Below the pieces are notes generated by a model, which was given only the letters and a program-made list of their open reading frames with translations, searched no databases and was not told where the DNA came from. Both the position numbers and the translations under genes were made by a program. Source: Octopus vulgaris (lineage: Eukaryota). From it: a stretch of DNA of 64,000 nt. Of the stretch, positions 41,705 to 54,139 are shown piece after piece. The first letter of the stretch is position 1; each line of letters opens with the position of its first letter. The stretch lies in the NCBI GenBank assembly GCA_951406725.2, contig OX597826.1, positions 19,902,001 to 19,966,000 on the forward strand. The letters are read 5' to 3'.

Positions 41705-42554
41705 GATGTGTGTATATATATGCGTGTCTGTGTATGTATAAGTTCATGCGTGTCTGTGTATGTATAAGTTCACACGTGTATGTGATGCATGTGCGTCGCT
41801 TTGGTATTAAATATTTTATGCAGATATAGGGCTTTTTTCCAGAAACCGCAGAAAATTAAACGATGATTTGCTGTCATCAGCGAAAAAAAGAAAAGAGATA
41901 GTCTTAAAAGAATATGTTACTTGAATTCATCCTGCTAAACAATTAAGGGTAAATGGTTGAATAAGTCATAACTTCGAGCAGTCTATTAGCACCGTTTTCT
42001 GTATAAGAAGCTCTCTATAAAAGATTCTAAAGACTAAAATCAACAATGTAAAATGAACTTACCATAAATGGACATTTTAATATTATTAGAAATAGAATTG
42101 TCTTAAATTCAGTGAAAATTCATTGTTTCCTGCGAAGCATTTCAGTAAAAAATCAATAAAGCTGTAAAGATTTCCTTATATAGTGATAAGATATTTAAAT
42201 ATAAGGAACTAAAACAAATGGCCACTTAAAATATATGCAGTATATGCACATATTAACTTTTTTCCAACATAGTCCAGTATTCCTGGCACAACTAAGCATA
42301 GAGACTAGCTGGTATTTTGCTGTCATCAGTAGTACGAAAAGAAACTATTGTAAATTACTCTTTGTATCATAAAATACTACTGGTATACAATCAGTGCAAA
42401 ATGAACAGAAAGCGACTGGAACAGAAACAGTAACATCAGGCAATCTATTACAGTGGGCTTTGTGGCTTATAAATCATTTTATAGGGAACTCAAGCTACCG
42501 GAAAGAATATTAAAAATAATGTAAAATCAAGATGCTTAAATGTTAGTTGTAATG

Positions 42555-42750
42555 GTTTCAAAATTTGACACAAGTTCAGCAATGTTAGAAGAGGGTACAG
42601 TTACTTACATCGACCTCAATGCTTTATCGACCTTAACGCATAAAAAGCAATGTTGACTTCGGTGAATTTTAAACTTAGATTATAGAGACCCGGGAAGAAG
42701 TCGTTACGAACTTTTACTGATATACTAATGAATCAGCCATCACGTAGCCT
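42555..42750 (-). mobile_element. Old SINE family 1 copy
   Basis: Degenerate gttgacttcggtgaattttaaact. Confidence 0.5.
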
Positions 42751-43841
42751 TCATGGGAAAAATAGCAATATTAGGAATAATATCTTGTAAATACACCACT
42801 GGGAAAGGAGGGTTGCTGAATAACTACATTTACTGGATGTCTGACCATCGCTTTTCCAATTATCATACCACTTTATTAAACTCATTAAAACTCCTTACAT
42901 ATTCGTATTATCATTAATATTCTGAATGTTGTAGAAATGAAATAGGAAGGAAGAAAATATAAAGTTTATTATATTATAATACAGCTGCTGTAAAAGCAAT
43001 AATCCCTTTAAGATACAACAGAAACTTGCTTTTAATGACAATTAATTAAGAAAAGTCAGTACGATTTCCCTTTCACTTTCCTTGTTTGCTCGGCGCTGGT
43101 TGCTTGAGGGTTCTGGTTATTTGCACTAGCAAATTATGTGCAGATTATGGCTGGCTGAAAAAAAAAGAGCTATATTTAAGAACTCTCAGCACCAAAGCAT
43201 CTGTCTGAATTGGAAGTATATCCTATCATACTTATGTGCTCCATCGTGACTATAACCGCCAGTCTGCTAACTTCGGCCCTCCTATTACCAATACCTGGGA
43301 ATCCGGCAAATAGTTGAACCAGAGCGTACACAAACGCATTCACATATACATACACGTCCTAACACGGACCACATCCATCCAACAGATCTTTTCCATCCCC
43401 CAATATAAGACCCAACACATATAGTATCCTAAACACACACCACACCAACATAAATACTCCAAAGAATTTAAACAAATAATTTAACCAAAACATAAACAAA
43501 AATACACAAACAAATACACGGATGCTTATGCGGCTTGGGCACCTGTTCACCCCCCCCCCCCACCATAAACGCTACACATATAGAACCACTTCACACATTC
43601 CAATTCTACGAGGACACCGACTCTGAAAAGCACACACACATACATTTTCCACAAACGCATCTCCAGGAAACTTGTCACTTTGCAGCAATCCCAGAGATGG
43701 TATTTTCGTGCCAAGGAACATAACCCTTAACTTAACCCTTGCTCGGTTTGTTTCGTCGTCTTTTTTACACTAACCACAAACCGGATGTCTTTTCCCCTCC
43801 AAATATTGAGAACAGTCGCCATATTTTATTCCATAACTGCC

Positions 43842-43924
43842 ATCTCTGAAGAGCGCAGGGACACATAATTGGGTTGTTATCTAAGACTACGTTGAAACCC
43901 TAGTGCGACACCGATTGGTAAAAT
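43842..43924 (+). ncRNA. Hammerhead-like motif (PLE type), degenerate
   Basis: CUGAAGA-GCGCAGGG...CCCUAGUGC-GACA-CC-GAUU-GG-UA. GAAA is altered to GACA. Confidence 0.55.
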
Positions 43925-44259
43925 CGGTCGTATATATATTTTTTTTTTCCACACACACTTCTTATATATATATATGCATATGATGATATAGTATTTTCTC
44001 TAGACCCAAGTTTGTGTTTCAAATAAAGATCCATTAACTGGAATTTTTCAGTGGACGAAACACAAACAGACACATATGACTGGTGAAACTATTTATAGTA
44101 AATTATAGACCATTTCCTTTTTTTAATAAAATACGACTCCAACAAAAAAAAGCATTAAATGTTAATTAAAATCTAGCAATAAAGTGGGTGCTATAATATT
44201 TATAAAAATAGTAATGAAATTATTTAATCGTAAATACAACGAAAATATATTACAATTCT

Positions 44260-45250
44260 TTCAATAAAAAATTATGAGTCATAAAAATAGACCTAAAAAT
44301 AGACCTTGGAAAATAATTTGGTTCACTTCTCCTTTGTCCCTAAATGTTAAGACTAACGTAGACAACAAATTATTGTCTCTTTCAGATTAAACATTTCCCA
44401 ATATATCATAAATTCAGGAAAACTTTTAACAGATGCTCAAAGTACCATACAGCTGCTACCCCAATATGAAGAACATTATAACTCGTAAAAATGACCACGT
44501 ATCTACTCCCAGTTGTAACTGTCGAGACCCTCAAGCTTATCCACTTGACCGGGCGTGTATGATAAACTCCGTTATGTATGAGACAGAAGTAACGGCAACA
44601 CCTCAAGATAAATCAATTCAAAAGAAGAATCACACGTTATATGAAGCTGAACTCAAAAAACATTATACAAACCATTTTCTTTCCGATACATCGACAAAAA
44701 TAATGCAACAAAGTTGGCTAACCACGTATGGAATTTGAAGATCAGCTCCACACCACATACAATTAAGTGGAGGATCATGGATAAATCCAAACCGTATTTT
44801 AATGGATCTAAGAAATGCAAATTATGCATAGTAAAAAGATTTCATATTCTTCTTAGATCCAACAATTCCAACACACTGCTTAATTCCAGATCTGAAACTT
44901 TTAGCAGATGTAAACACATGGACAAGTTTCTTTTATCGATCTGGAGGACACCACCCACTCCGGATTGAGTTGCTGTCTCGCAGACTTTGACATATTTTCT
45001 GTTATTTTGTTCTATACCATCTGTATTTAATGTGGTGTCTGCAATGAGGGAGGACGAGCATCTTAGTTTCCTTGATTTTTTCTTATTGTTCTTTACGTTT
45101 TTCACATCTTATATTCCCACTGTCTAATGTCCTTGTTTTTAAAATATACATAACTCATAAACAGCCTGAAAGATTGCTTGGAGATGCACGACATATTTTG
45201 TAAATATGCCTAGTTAAAGTATCATAAAAGCACGAAATTATCAGTACTTC
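44260..45250 (+). mobile_element. Penelope-like GIY-YIG endonuclease remnant
   Basis: IIWFTSP, KVPYSCYPNM, CNCR..YPLDRAC, LANHVWNLK, KKCKLC, LLNSRSE..CKH. Degenerate CUGA..GA..GAAA at 45166-45238. Confidence 0.8.
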
Positions 45251-46082
45251 TTTCGGTTGTGTATTAGATTGATGTGTGTATGTATTTGTTTGTGTTTATG
45301 CGTATGTGTGCATGCATGTGTGTGTGTATGTGTTAGACAATAAAATGTGAGTGAGATATGTCAAGTGTCTCAATGAAACGATTTCATATAAGTTATCCCT
45401 TCAAACTATTTACAATTACAGCAATAAATGTAGTAGTTCGAAGACTATGCCTAAACAAACCTCAATGAGAACGAAAGTAAATGCATGCTTCAAATCACCT
45501 GATTACACCATTCTTCCGTTTACAAAGTTTTCTACAACCATATTTTAATGGCACACAAATTAGTGGCGTAAAAATTATGGTGAACTGGTTTCACATGACA
45601 AATGAAACTATATTATGATCTGTGCTTTTCAGTAACTCACCTTCCATTACAATCCGCTTGCATCCAGGTGATCGATATTGTTTAACGCTACATAAAAAAA
45701 AAATAAATAAAAAGATAAATTTAAATAAATGCCAAAACGTTAAACTTCGGTAAATGCAAATACTAGCAGATGTTATAGTTCCTCTGTTTCTTTGATATAT
45801 ATTTAATATATATTGATTACTAACTGTAGGATTTAATCTGCGTTAAATCTTATTTAAACTAAAATTATTATACTAATATTTTGTTCCGTTTTCATATGGC
45901 AAAAATGAACATGATTCATTGATTTCTGTATATATGCACGAAACACACAAAATTTTTACCAGCTAATCCATCACGTGCTATCCTACTATTTAGATTATAA
46001 CTTATATATATGTATATACACAGACAGAAACACGCGCACGCACGCACACCCGCACACACACACACACGCATACACACACACA

Positions 46083-46169
<87 letters not shown>

Positions 46170-46499
46170 AAGATTGAGACGAATACCAAATCTCCACGTG
46201 GCAGATTTGATAATAGTTTAAAGATTTCTCTCGGCATGAAACTCATGCTACTCTTTTTAACGCATAAAGTATATATATATATATATATACCGGAGTAAAC
46301 ACATAAATGTGAAACAAGGTGGAAAAAAGAGTACTCAAATATCAGGGGTAGAGTAATATGCTTTATTTAAAGGCAGCAGAAATTGGGCTGTTACCTAAGA
46401 CTACGTTGAAACCCTATATATATATAAATGTGACCGCGTGTGTACCGTCGGCGATTTTTTTCCTCCGTCTTCCCTTCTTTGGATCTTTCCTTTTCGTAT

Positions 46500-46534
46500 G
46501 TTTCTGACGAAGAGCTCCGCTCGAAACGTTAAAC
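46500..46534 (+). ncRNA. Minimal type I hammerhead ribozyme
   Basis: GUUU-CUGACGA-A-GAGC-UCC-GCUC-GAAA-CGUU-AAAC. Stem I GUUU/AAAC, palindromic ACGU stem III, GUU site. Confidence 0.75.
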
Positions 46535-46624
46535 CTTCCTTCTTTCCTTCTTTCCTGAGCGTCCAATAATACTATACTTGTTCCACGTCCTCGCGTTGTT
46601 GTGTTTTCATGTTTGGATTAACTT

Positions 46625-46761
<137 letters not shown>

Positions 46762-46786
46762 TGATATATAGAGACATAGATAGATA

Positions 46787-46947
46787 ATAGGACAATCAGT
46801 TAGTTGTCATAATAATACTCAGGGTTTCAGATGCCGGGGCTAAAAGACATCCTCATTAGTTTTTGTCTAAATAACTGATGAGAATGTCTTTTAGGCCCGG
46901 CATCGGAAACTCTAAGTATTATTATGACAACTAACTGATTGCCCTAT
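46787..46947. repeat. Near-perfect palindrome made of two divergent hammerhead motifs
   Basis: About 75-bp arms. Plus copy AAUAA-CUGAUGA..GAAAC-UCUAA-GUA-UUAUU (46870-46923). Minus copy has CUAAUGA. Confidence 0.85.
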
Positions 46948-47014
46948 ATTATATAGCTATAGATACATTCCTCTATTTACATAATATCGAGGTCTCATTC
47001 TTTCTTTTGTTTCC

Positions 47015-47086
<72 letters not shown>

Positions 47087-47162
47087 GTATATATATATGG
47101 CGGTGCCAGCATGGCCACAGCTCATAAGCTGAAACTGGAAAAATCAAATCAAAAATCAAATA

Positions 47163-47404
47163 TAAACAATTGCAGCGTGGAAGGTGTTTATAATTTATTT
47201 AAGAAACACACAAAACCGTTAGATTCACTTTAAATTAAATTTGTCAAAATATTTTTGTCGCTTTGAGACCGCGACCTGTTCACTGACAAAGCTTCGTGCT
47301 GCATCCTGATATTTTGACAAATTAAATTTAAATGTTGAAGTGAATCTAACGGTTTTGTGTGTTTCTTCAATGGCTTATAAACACCTTCCACGCTGCAATT
47401 GTTT
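47163..47404. repeat. Inverted repeat, about 90-bp arms
   Basis: aaacaattgcagcgtggaaggtgtttataa... vs ...ttataaacaccttccacgctgcaattgttt. Confidence 0.85.
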
Positions 47405-47603
47405 TCGTTCCAGCACACTATCTCAGATCAAGTCACTTGCTATGCAGGTACATCTCCTATATATATATATCAATAAATTTCAGAGTAGCAAAAAATTATT
47501 TAGAAATTATTTGCTACCAGTGGTCTAGCGTGAAGAAAAAACTAGTCAATAGACTATATATCATTCATATAAATACAGTGTGCACTTTAGATATATAGAT
47601 ATA

Positions 47604-47987
47604 CTAGCAGTATCGCCCGGCGTTGCTCAGGTTTGTAAGGGAAATAACTATAAAGCATTTTTAGAGAGTTATAGCCAAAAAATAGCAAAAAAAATGGAAA
47701 AAAAATGATGGTAAATTTTTTTTGAGAGTAAAAAAGGTGGAGTTGCGTCCCCTAGACAGTTTGCGGTTTGTGTTTCTGATTCTTGACCCCATGTCGAATT
47801 TATCGATTTTTTCAGAACTGGGGGAACTTTTCAAAATTTTCTCTGCGTTAGTTTTGAATTATGACATTGTGCTATGTGTGTGTCAAGTTTCATCAGAATC
47901 GGTTGAAAGCCGTGGCCAGGGTGAGGGTACAAGCAAACAGACACACAGAAACACGCACAGACAAACTGCCGTTTATATAGAGAGAGA
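47604..47987 (-). mobile_element. Non-autonomous Helitron-like element
   Basis: Shares the 3' end ctagcagtatcgcccggcgttgct with the 15590 copy. A|TC ... CTAG|T on the minus strand. Confidence 0.75.
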
Positions 47988-48118
47988 TATAGGTACTGTA
48001 AATTTAGAGTGAATACTTGATAACTGTAATCACCTGTATATGCCAGGTAGTGACAGTGGTGAGAGAATACATCAAATTTGTGTTTTGTTTTTAATTTATA
48101 TTTGGTATATATATATGC

Positions 48119-48192
<74 letters not shown>

Positions 48193-48245
48193 GTTTAAAT
48201 ATTTGTTGTGCAAGATTTTTTATATGAAGTCGTGTGTTGAAACAG

Positions 48246-48746
48246 ATATTGTTATATTTCGGAATGGTCATTTTGCCAGTTTAGCCAATAAAAACACACG
48301 CACTATATATTTGGTGTTACTTTGGCTTCAGTGTTATTTATTTTTTACATTAATCTTAATCTTATTTCGGCCAGAGTTCTTTCGTCACACTCTTGTGACC
48401 GCATCAGTGGTCCTTTGTTTTCTTCTTTCTTATTTGTGTCTCTCCTTACTAACCGTCAGCCATTTTGTATTTCTGTTGTATGTCTTCATTTGCGCATGCT
48501 TATATCTCTATGTGCGTTTATGTTTATTTAGTGTGTGTATGTGGGGGATGCCTGTAATATTTGTATCTTCTGTTTATATATGTTCATGTAATTTGTATGT
48601 TGTTTTTTGTTTTTGTTGTTTTTGTTTATTCTTATTTTGTTCGTGTGTTTACATCCACCTATTATTATCATTACATATGCTTGTATGTATGTATGTATGT
48701 ATAACAACAATACTAGTAATAATAATAATAAATTGAATCGAAAAAA

Positions 48747-48827
<81 letters not shown>

Positions 48828-49323
48828 TATACATATATATATACATATATATATATATAGTTATTTATTTCTATTAGTTTATTTATCTGTGTATTTATTA
48901 TGTTTTCAGGATCCTCTATCGTCATATGTTGTGGTGTGTGTTAGTGCTCCATTCTAGTTTTCTATTCAGGCTAGGTTTATTTTCTATTATGTGTGTAGCT
49001 TCTGTAATTTGTCTAATTGTTGCATCTGATCTATGTGTGGATAATATTTCTATGTTATTGATTGATCCCCCGTGTTCTTGTTCGGCGTGTTGGTACAGAA
49101 TCGATGAGATTTTACCTTCTTTGAGTTGTCTCCAATGCTCATTTACCCGCTCTCCTATGCTTCTTGCCGTTTCCCCTATGTATGTCGTTGTCTTGTTACT
49201 GCATCGTCCCTCTATACATCTTATACTATAGACTACATTTCTGGCTTTACAGTTTTCGATTCAATTTATTATTATTATTACTAGTATTGTTGTTATACAT
49301 ACATACATACATACATACATACA

Positions 49324-49355
<32 letters not shown>

Positions 49356-49816
49356 AGCATATGTAATGATAATAATAGGTGGATGTAAACACACGAACAA
49401 AATAAGAATAAACAAAAACAACAAAAACAAAAAACAACATACAAATTACATGAACATATAAAATTACAAATTACATGAACATATATAAACAGAAGATACA
49501 AATATTACAGGCATCCCCCACATACACACACTAAATAAACATAAACGCACATAGAGATATAAGCATGCGCAAATGAAGACATACAATAGAAATACAAAAT
49601 GGCTGACGGTTAGTAAGGAGAGACACAAATAAGAAAGAAGAAAACAAAGGACCACTGATGCGGTCACAAGAGTGTGACGAAAGAACTCTGGCCGAAATAA
49701 GATTAAGATTAATGTAAAAAAATAAATAACACTGAAGCAAAGTAACACCAAATATATAGTGCGTGTGTTTTTATTGGCTAAACTGGCAAAATGACCATTC
49801 CGAAATATAACAATAT
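48246..49816 (-). mobile_element. 5'-truncated Penelope-like element: GIY-YIG fragment (about 48920-49250) between about 500-bp inverted pseudo-LTRs
   Basis: Minus frame TYIGETARSIGERVNEHW..LYQHAEQEH..IRQITEATHI..PSLNRK. Arms 48246-48744 and 49253-49816 are nearly identical. Confidence 0.85.
49649..49693 (+). ncRNA. Variant hammerhead motif in pseudo-LTR (mirror copy 48369-48413 on minus)
   Basis: GGACCA-CUGAUGCG-GUCAC-AAGAGU-GUGAC-GAAA-GAACUC-UGGCC. Confidence 0.55.
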
Positions 49817-49944
49817 ATATATATATATATATGAATATGTAAAAAAATATAAACTGGGACAAGAACGCAAAACATTTAGAAGACGATACAAAAAACTCGG
49901 ACAGGACATTCGAAGCCTTCAATCTTCAGTCATTAGATATATAT

Positions 49945-50587
49945 ATCTGTAGCTAAAATCTTCTTCACTCTCCTACAGAAACACTTCCCCACCCAACATA
50001 AGTACTACACTATCCTAAATAAGAACACTATTAGACTCTCCTACTCTACCACGCCCAATCTAGCCAGGAACCTAGCCAACAACAATGTGAAAAAGCTTAA
50101 CATATCTACTTTTTCCGAGGCCCATCCAACGTCCGATAGCAATTGCAACTGCCCTGATAAAACCACCTGCCCCCTCAACAACAACTGCCTACAGAGGGAC
50201 CTAGTATATACATGCGAGGTAAGATCAGGCCCTGACGATAAAAGAAAATCCTACATCGGAATGACGTCAAACAGCTTTAAGACCCGTTGGTACGCACACA
50301 CACACTCGTTCCGGCGACCGGATAAATCCAACCAAACTACCCTCGCCGCCCACATCTGGTACCTTAAAAGGAACTCCATCCCCTTCAAGACCAAGTGGAA
50401 ACTACTACAGAAGGCGCGTTCGTACACAGGAGGCCATACCTGCTGTGACCTTTGCATTTCGGAGAGCCTAGAGATCTTGTTCGCCAAAGGCCCTCTCCTT
50501 AACAAGATCTCAGAACACTCCCCAAATTGCATGCATAAGAATTATGCAAACTACAAGAGCTATAGACCTACCCGGCAACCAGATTGA
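49945..50587 (+). mobile_element. Penelope-like GIY-YIG endonuclease ORF (3' end, open frame)
   Basis: CNCPDKTTCPLNNNC, DLVYTCEV, SYIGMT, FKTRWYAH, LAAHIWYLK, CDLCISE, LLNKISE. Confidence 0.9.
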
Positions 50588-50664
50588 TGACACCCCACCC
50601 ACAAACCCCCCAATCCCACCGTTCCCCTAGCACCCCCGACTACCTTTTCTCCTAAGACCTTTCA

Positions 50665-50782
50665 CATATTGTATGTGCACGCTTGTATATGTGTATCGTA
50701 TATATGTATAGAAATGTATGGGTATAGTAGGAATATACGCATGTATTATGTGTGTGTGTGTGTGTATGTATGTAAAAAAATA

Positions 50783-50821
<39 letters not shown>

Positions 50822-50848
50822 GTGAATATGTGTGTGTATGTGTACATA

Positions 50849-50945
<97 letters not shown>

Positions 50946-51013
50946 AAGTGTGTGTATATATGTATATGTAAGTGTGTGAGTGTGTATGAGTATGTATGTA
51001 TGTTTGCACACAT

Positions 51014-51061
<48 letters not shown>

Positions 51062-51180
51062 ATATATATGTGTATGTATGTGTGTATGTATATGCATGTG
51101 TGTGTGTGTATATATGTATGTGTGTGTATGTGTGTATATGTATATGTATGTGTATGTATGTATGTGTATATGTATATATA

Positions 51181-51241
<61 letters not shown>

Positions 51242-51290
51242 ATGTGTATGTGTGTGTATGTATATGTATGTATATATGTGTGTATGTGTG

Positions 51291-51341
<51 letters not shown>

Positions 51342-51453
51342 ATGTGTATATGTACATATACGTGTACGCTCGTGTGTTTAGGTATATGTAGGTACGTAGA
51401 GTTATGTATGTGTGTATGTATATGTACATATGTGTAAGTATGTGTGTATGTTG

Positions 51454-51530
<77 letters not shown>

Positions 51531-52073
51531 AAGTTTATATGTATGTATCCGTCTGTATAATAGGTTACTGCACGTATATATACTTAATATTTATTATTTA
51601 TTATTTATTATTTATTTTTTGAGTATGCATGTATGAATAACTGCACGTATATATATTTTATTACTTATTTTTTGAGTATGCATGTAAGTATGAACATAAG
51701 GAGTGGCGTGTGTGTGTGTGTATGTGTAAGCATAGATATATGTATACTTGTACGCATGTGTGTACTTATGTGTATATATGGATGCGCGTGTGTGTGTGCG
51801 TATGTATGGGTACGCATGTATATGTGTATGTGCGTGTATGTGTATATGTGTATGTATGTGTGTGTGTATATATGTATATGTATGTATGTATATGTATGTA
51901 TGTGTATATATATATATATATATATGTGTATGTATGTATATGTATATGTGTATGTGTATGTATTTGTATGTGTATGCATGCGCGTATATGTATGTATATG
52001 TATACGTGTGGGTGTGTGTATGTGTGTATATATGTATGTATGTATGGGTGTATGTATGTATGTATGTATGCGG

Positions 52074-52117
<44 letters not shown>

Positions 52118-52855
52118 ATATATATATGTGTATGTGTATATATATATGTGTGTATATATATGTATGTATGTATTTGTATGTAGGTGTATATGTATGTGTG
52201 TATATATATTTATTGGTGTATACGTATAGACTAGTCTTCTAAGATTGTAGACATGAATCTGTAGGTACGCGTACGTATGTGTATATACGTGTATGTATGT
52301 AGATGTATGTATGTATGTATGAATATAACACGTGCGTGCGTGTATGTGTATGAATGTACGAATGAGTGAGTGTGCGTGCTAATGAGTGTGCGTGCGTGAG
52401 TGAGTGCTTGTGCTCATGTAGAAAGATAAAAGGGACTAGTTGTCGTAGCCAAGATGCTTGTGACCAGCGGTCAAAGATAACAAAAGTAATAAATGAAGAT
52501 AATAAAATTAAAATTAGGGAATGGGTTTGTGTTTGTTTGTATATGTGTGTATGTGTAGGTATGAATAGGTACACATATGTATGTATATGTATATGTATAT
52601 ATATGTATATATACATATATGTGTATATGTATATATGAGTATATAGGGACTTGTGTGTTGTGTGTGCATGTGTGTATGTGGATTTGTGTGTGTATGTGTG
52701 TATGTGTATGTGTGTGTATGTATATATTTTTTGTGTGTATGTGTATGTGTGGTCGTGTGTGTATATATACATGTGTGTGTGTATATGTATATGCATGTAT
52801 ATGTGTATGTATATATATATATATATGTATATGTAGATATATGTATGTATATGTA

Positions 52856-52904
<49 letters not shown>

Positions 52905-52970
52905 GTGTGTGTGTATGTATGTGTGTATGTATATGTGTGTGTGTGTATATATGTATACATATGTGTATAG
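50665..52970. repeat. 2.3-kb mosaic (TA)n/(TG)n/(TATG)n simple-sequence array
   Basis: Seen directly. Confidence 0.95.
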
Positions 52971-53195
52971 GTATAAGTGAGATTTCCTTATTTACCTAAA
53001 ACTCTATTCTTCTATATATTTTTTTATTCTCTTTTTTTATTCTTTTATTTATTCTTCTATCTAATTTACCACTGACTCCTTGACCACTCCCCCAAGTATG
53101 ATTTTTTTGCGCTATGCCTACCCCCAAAAAGTCCCCCACCACCACCCCTTTAAACCTGCCTAAATGTATAAATGCCAATACAATTCTTGTTAACT

Positions 53196-53246
53196 AGCTT
53201 CCTGAAGATTTCTCTTGAATGAAACAGTTCTAGTCCTGTAGAAGCT
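53196..53246 (+). ncRNA. Type I hammerhead ribozyme
   Basis: AGCUUC-CUGAAGA-UUUC-UCUU-GAAU-GAAA-CAG-UUCUAGUC-CUG-UA-GAAGCU. 6-bp stem I, 4-bp stem III, GUA site. U.U at the base of stem II. Confidence 0.75.
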
Positions 53247-53329
53247 CCTTCTATATAATAAATTAATTTTACTCTGCTATGTATTGAGTACCTTATTTAC
53301 TGTGGTTAACCCCGAATCAACCCGGGACC

Positions 53330-53378
<49 letters not shown>

Positions 53379-53822
53379 GTATTATGTATATATGTATATA
53401 TATATACATATGTATATATATGTGTATATATACATATATATATATCTGTAAATATAATATGTAACAATTATTCGGTAGCCATCTTTTTAATGCTATTATC
53501 ACGCATTTGATATTTACATTATTTCTTTATTATCCAGAAGGAGCCAAAACGCTTGATATTCACGTGTCAGCAATCCAGAAAACATTTTTACTACTCAATA
53601 CAAAAAACGCTTTTGTACTTAAGAAACACTGCAACAGCGCTATCATCAACATAGTTACAAGCAACAAAATAAATATAGGTATACCAAAACGGTACACAAC
53701 CTAAATAAAACTAAATGTCAAACAAAAAAAAAATGAAGCAAAGAAAATATATAACTATAGACAATTTAAAACTGGCTAACATTTCTATCCAACTATCAAT
53801 AAAGACATATGTAAAGTAATTA

Positions 53823-54121
53823 GCGTGGCTTAGTGGTTAGGGCATTCGGCTTACGATCGTAAAGCCGTGAGTTCAATTCCCGGTGACGCGTTGTGTCCTT
53901 GAACAAGATACTTTATTTCAAGTTGCTCCAGCCCACTCATATGGCAAAAATGAGTAGTACCTGTATTTCTAAGGGCTGGCCTTGTCACACTTTGTGTCAC
54001 GCTGAATATCTCTGAGAACTACGTTAAGGGTACACGTGTTTGTGGAGTGCTCAACCACTTACACGTTAATTTCACGAGCAAGCTGTTCCGTTGATCGTAT
54101 CAGCTGGGACTCTCGTCGTCG
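53823..54121 (+). mobile_element. tRNA-SINE family 3
   Basis: A box tggcttagtggtt, B box gagttcaattcc, central gtgtccttgaacaagatacttt domain. Confidence 0.8.
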
Positions 54122-54139
54122 TATATCATCAATTAACAT

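Noticed and set aside
42063-42075. Alternative start MSIY spliced to exon 2
   Set aside because: It gives only a 13-aa leader. The 36786 start has TATA, Inr, Kozak context and a full signal peptide.
49890-49932. Minus-strand CUGAAGA..CGAA..GUC
   Set aside because: No credible stem II or stem I pairing, so it is not counted as a hammerhead.
50627-52999. Many long ORFs rich in Y/I/H/T/V/C/M
   Set aside because: These are translations of TA/TG/CA microsatellites, which lack stop codons. The same applies to ORFs at 1.7, 8.4, 13.3, 25.7, 46, 48.7, 57.7 and 61.2 kb.
53823-53890. tRNA-like sequence with A and B boxes
   Set aside because: It continues into a SINE body and has no complete cloverleaf or terminator, so it is called a SINE head.
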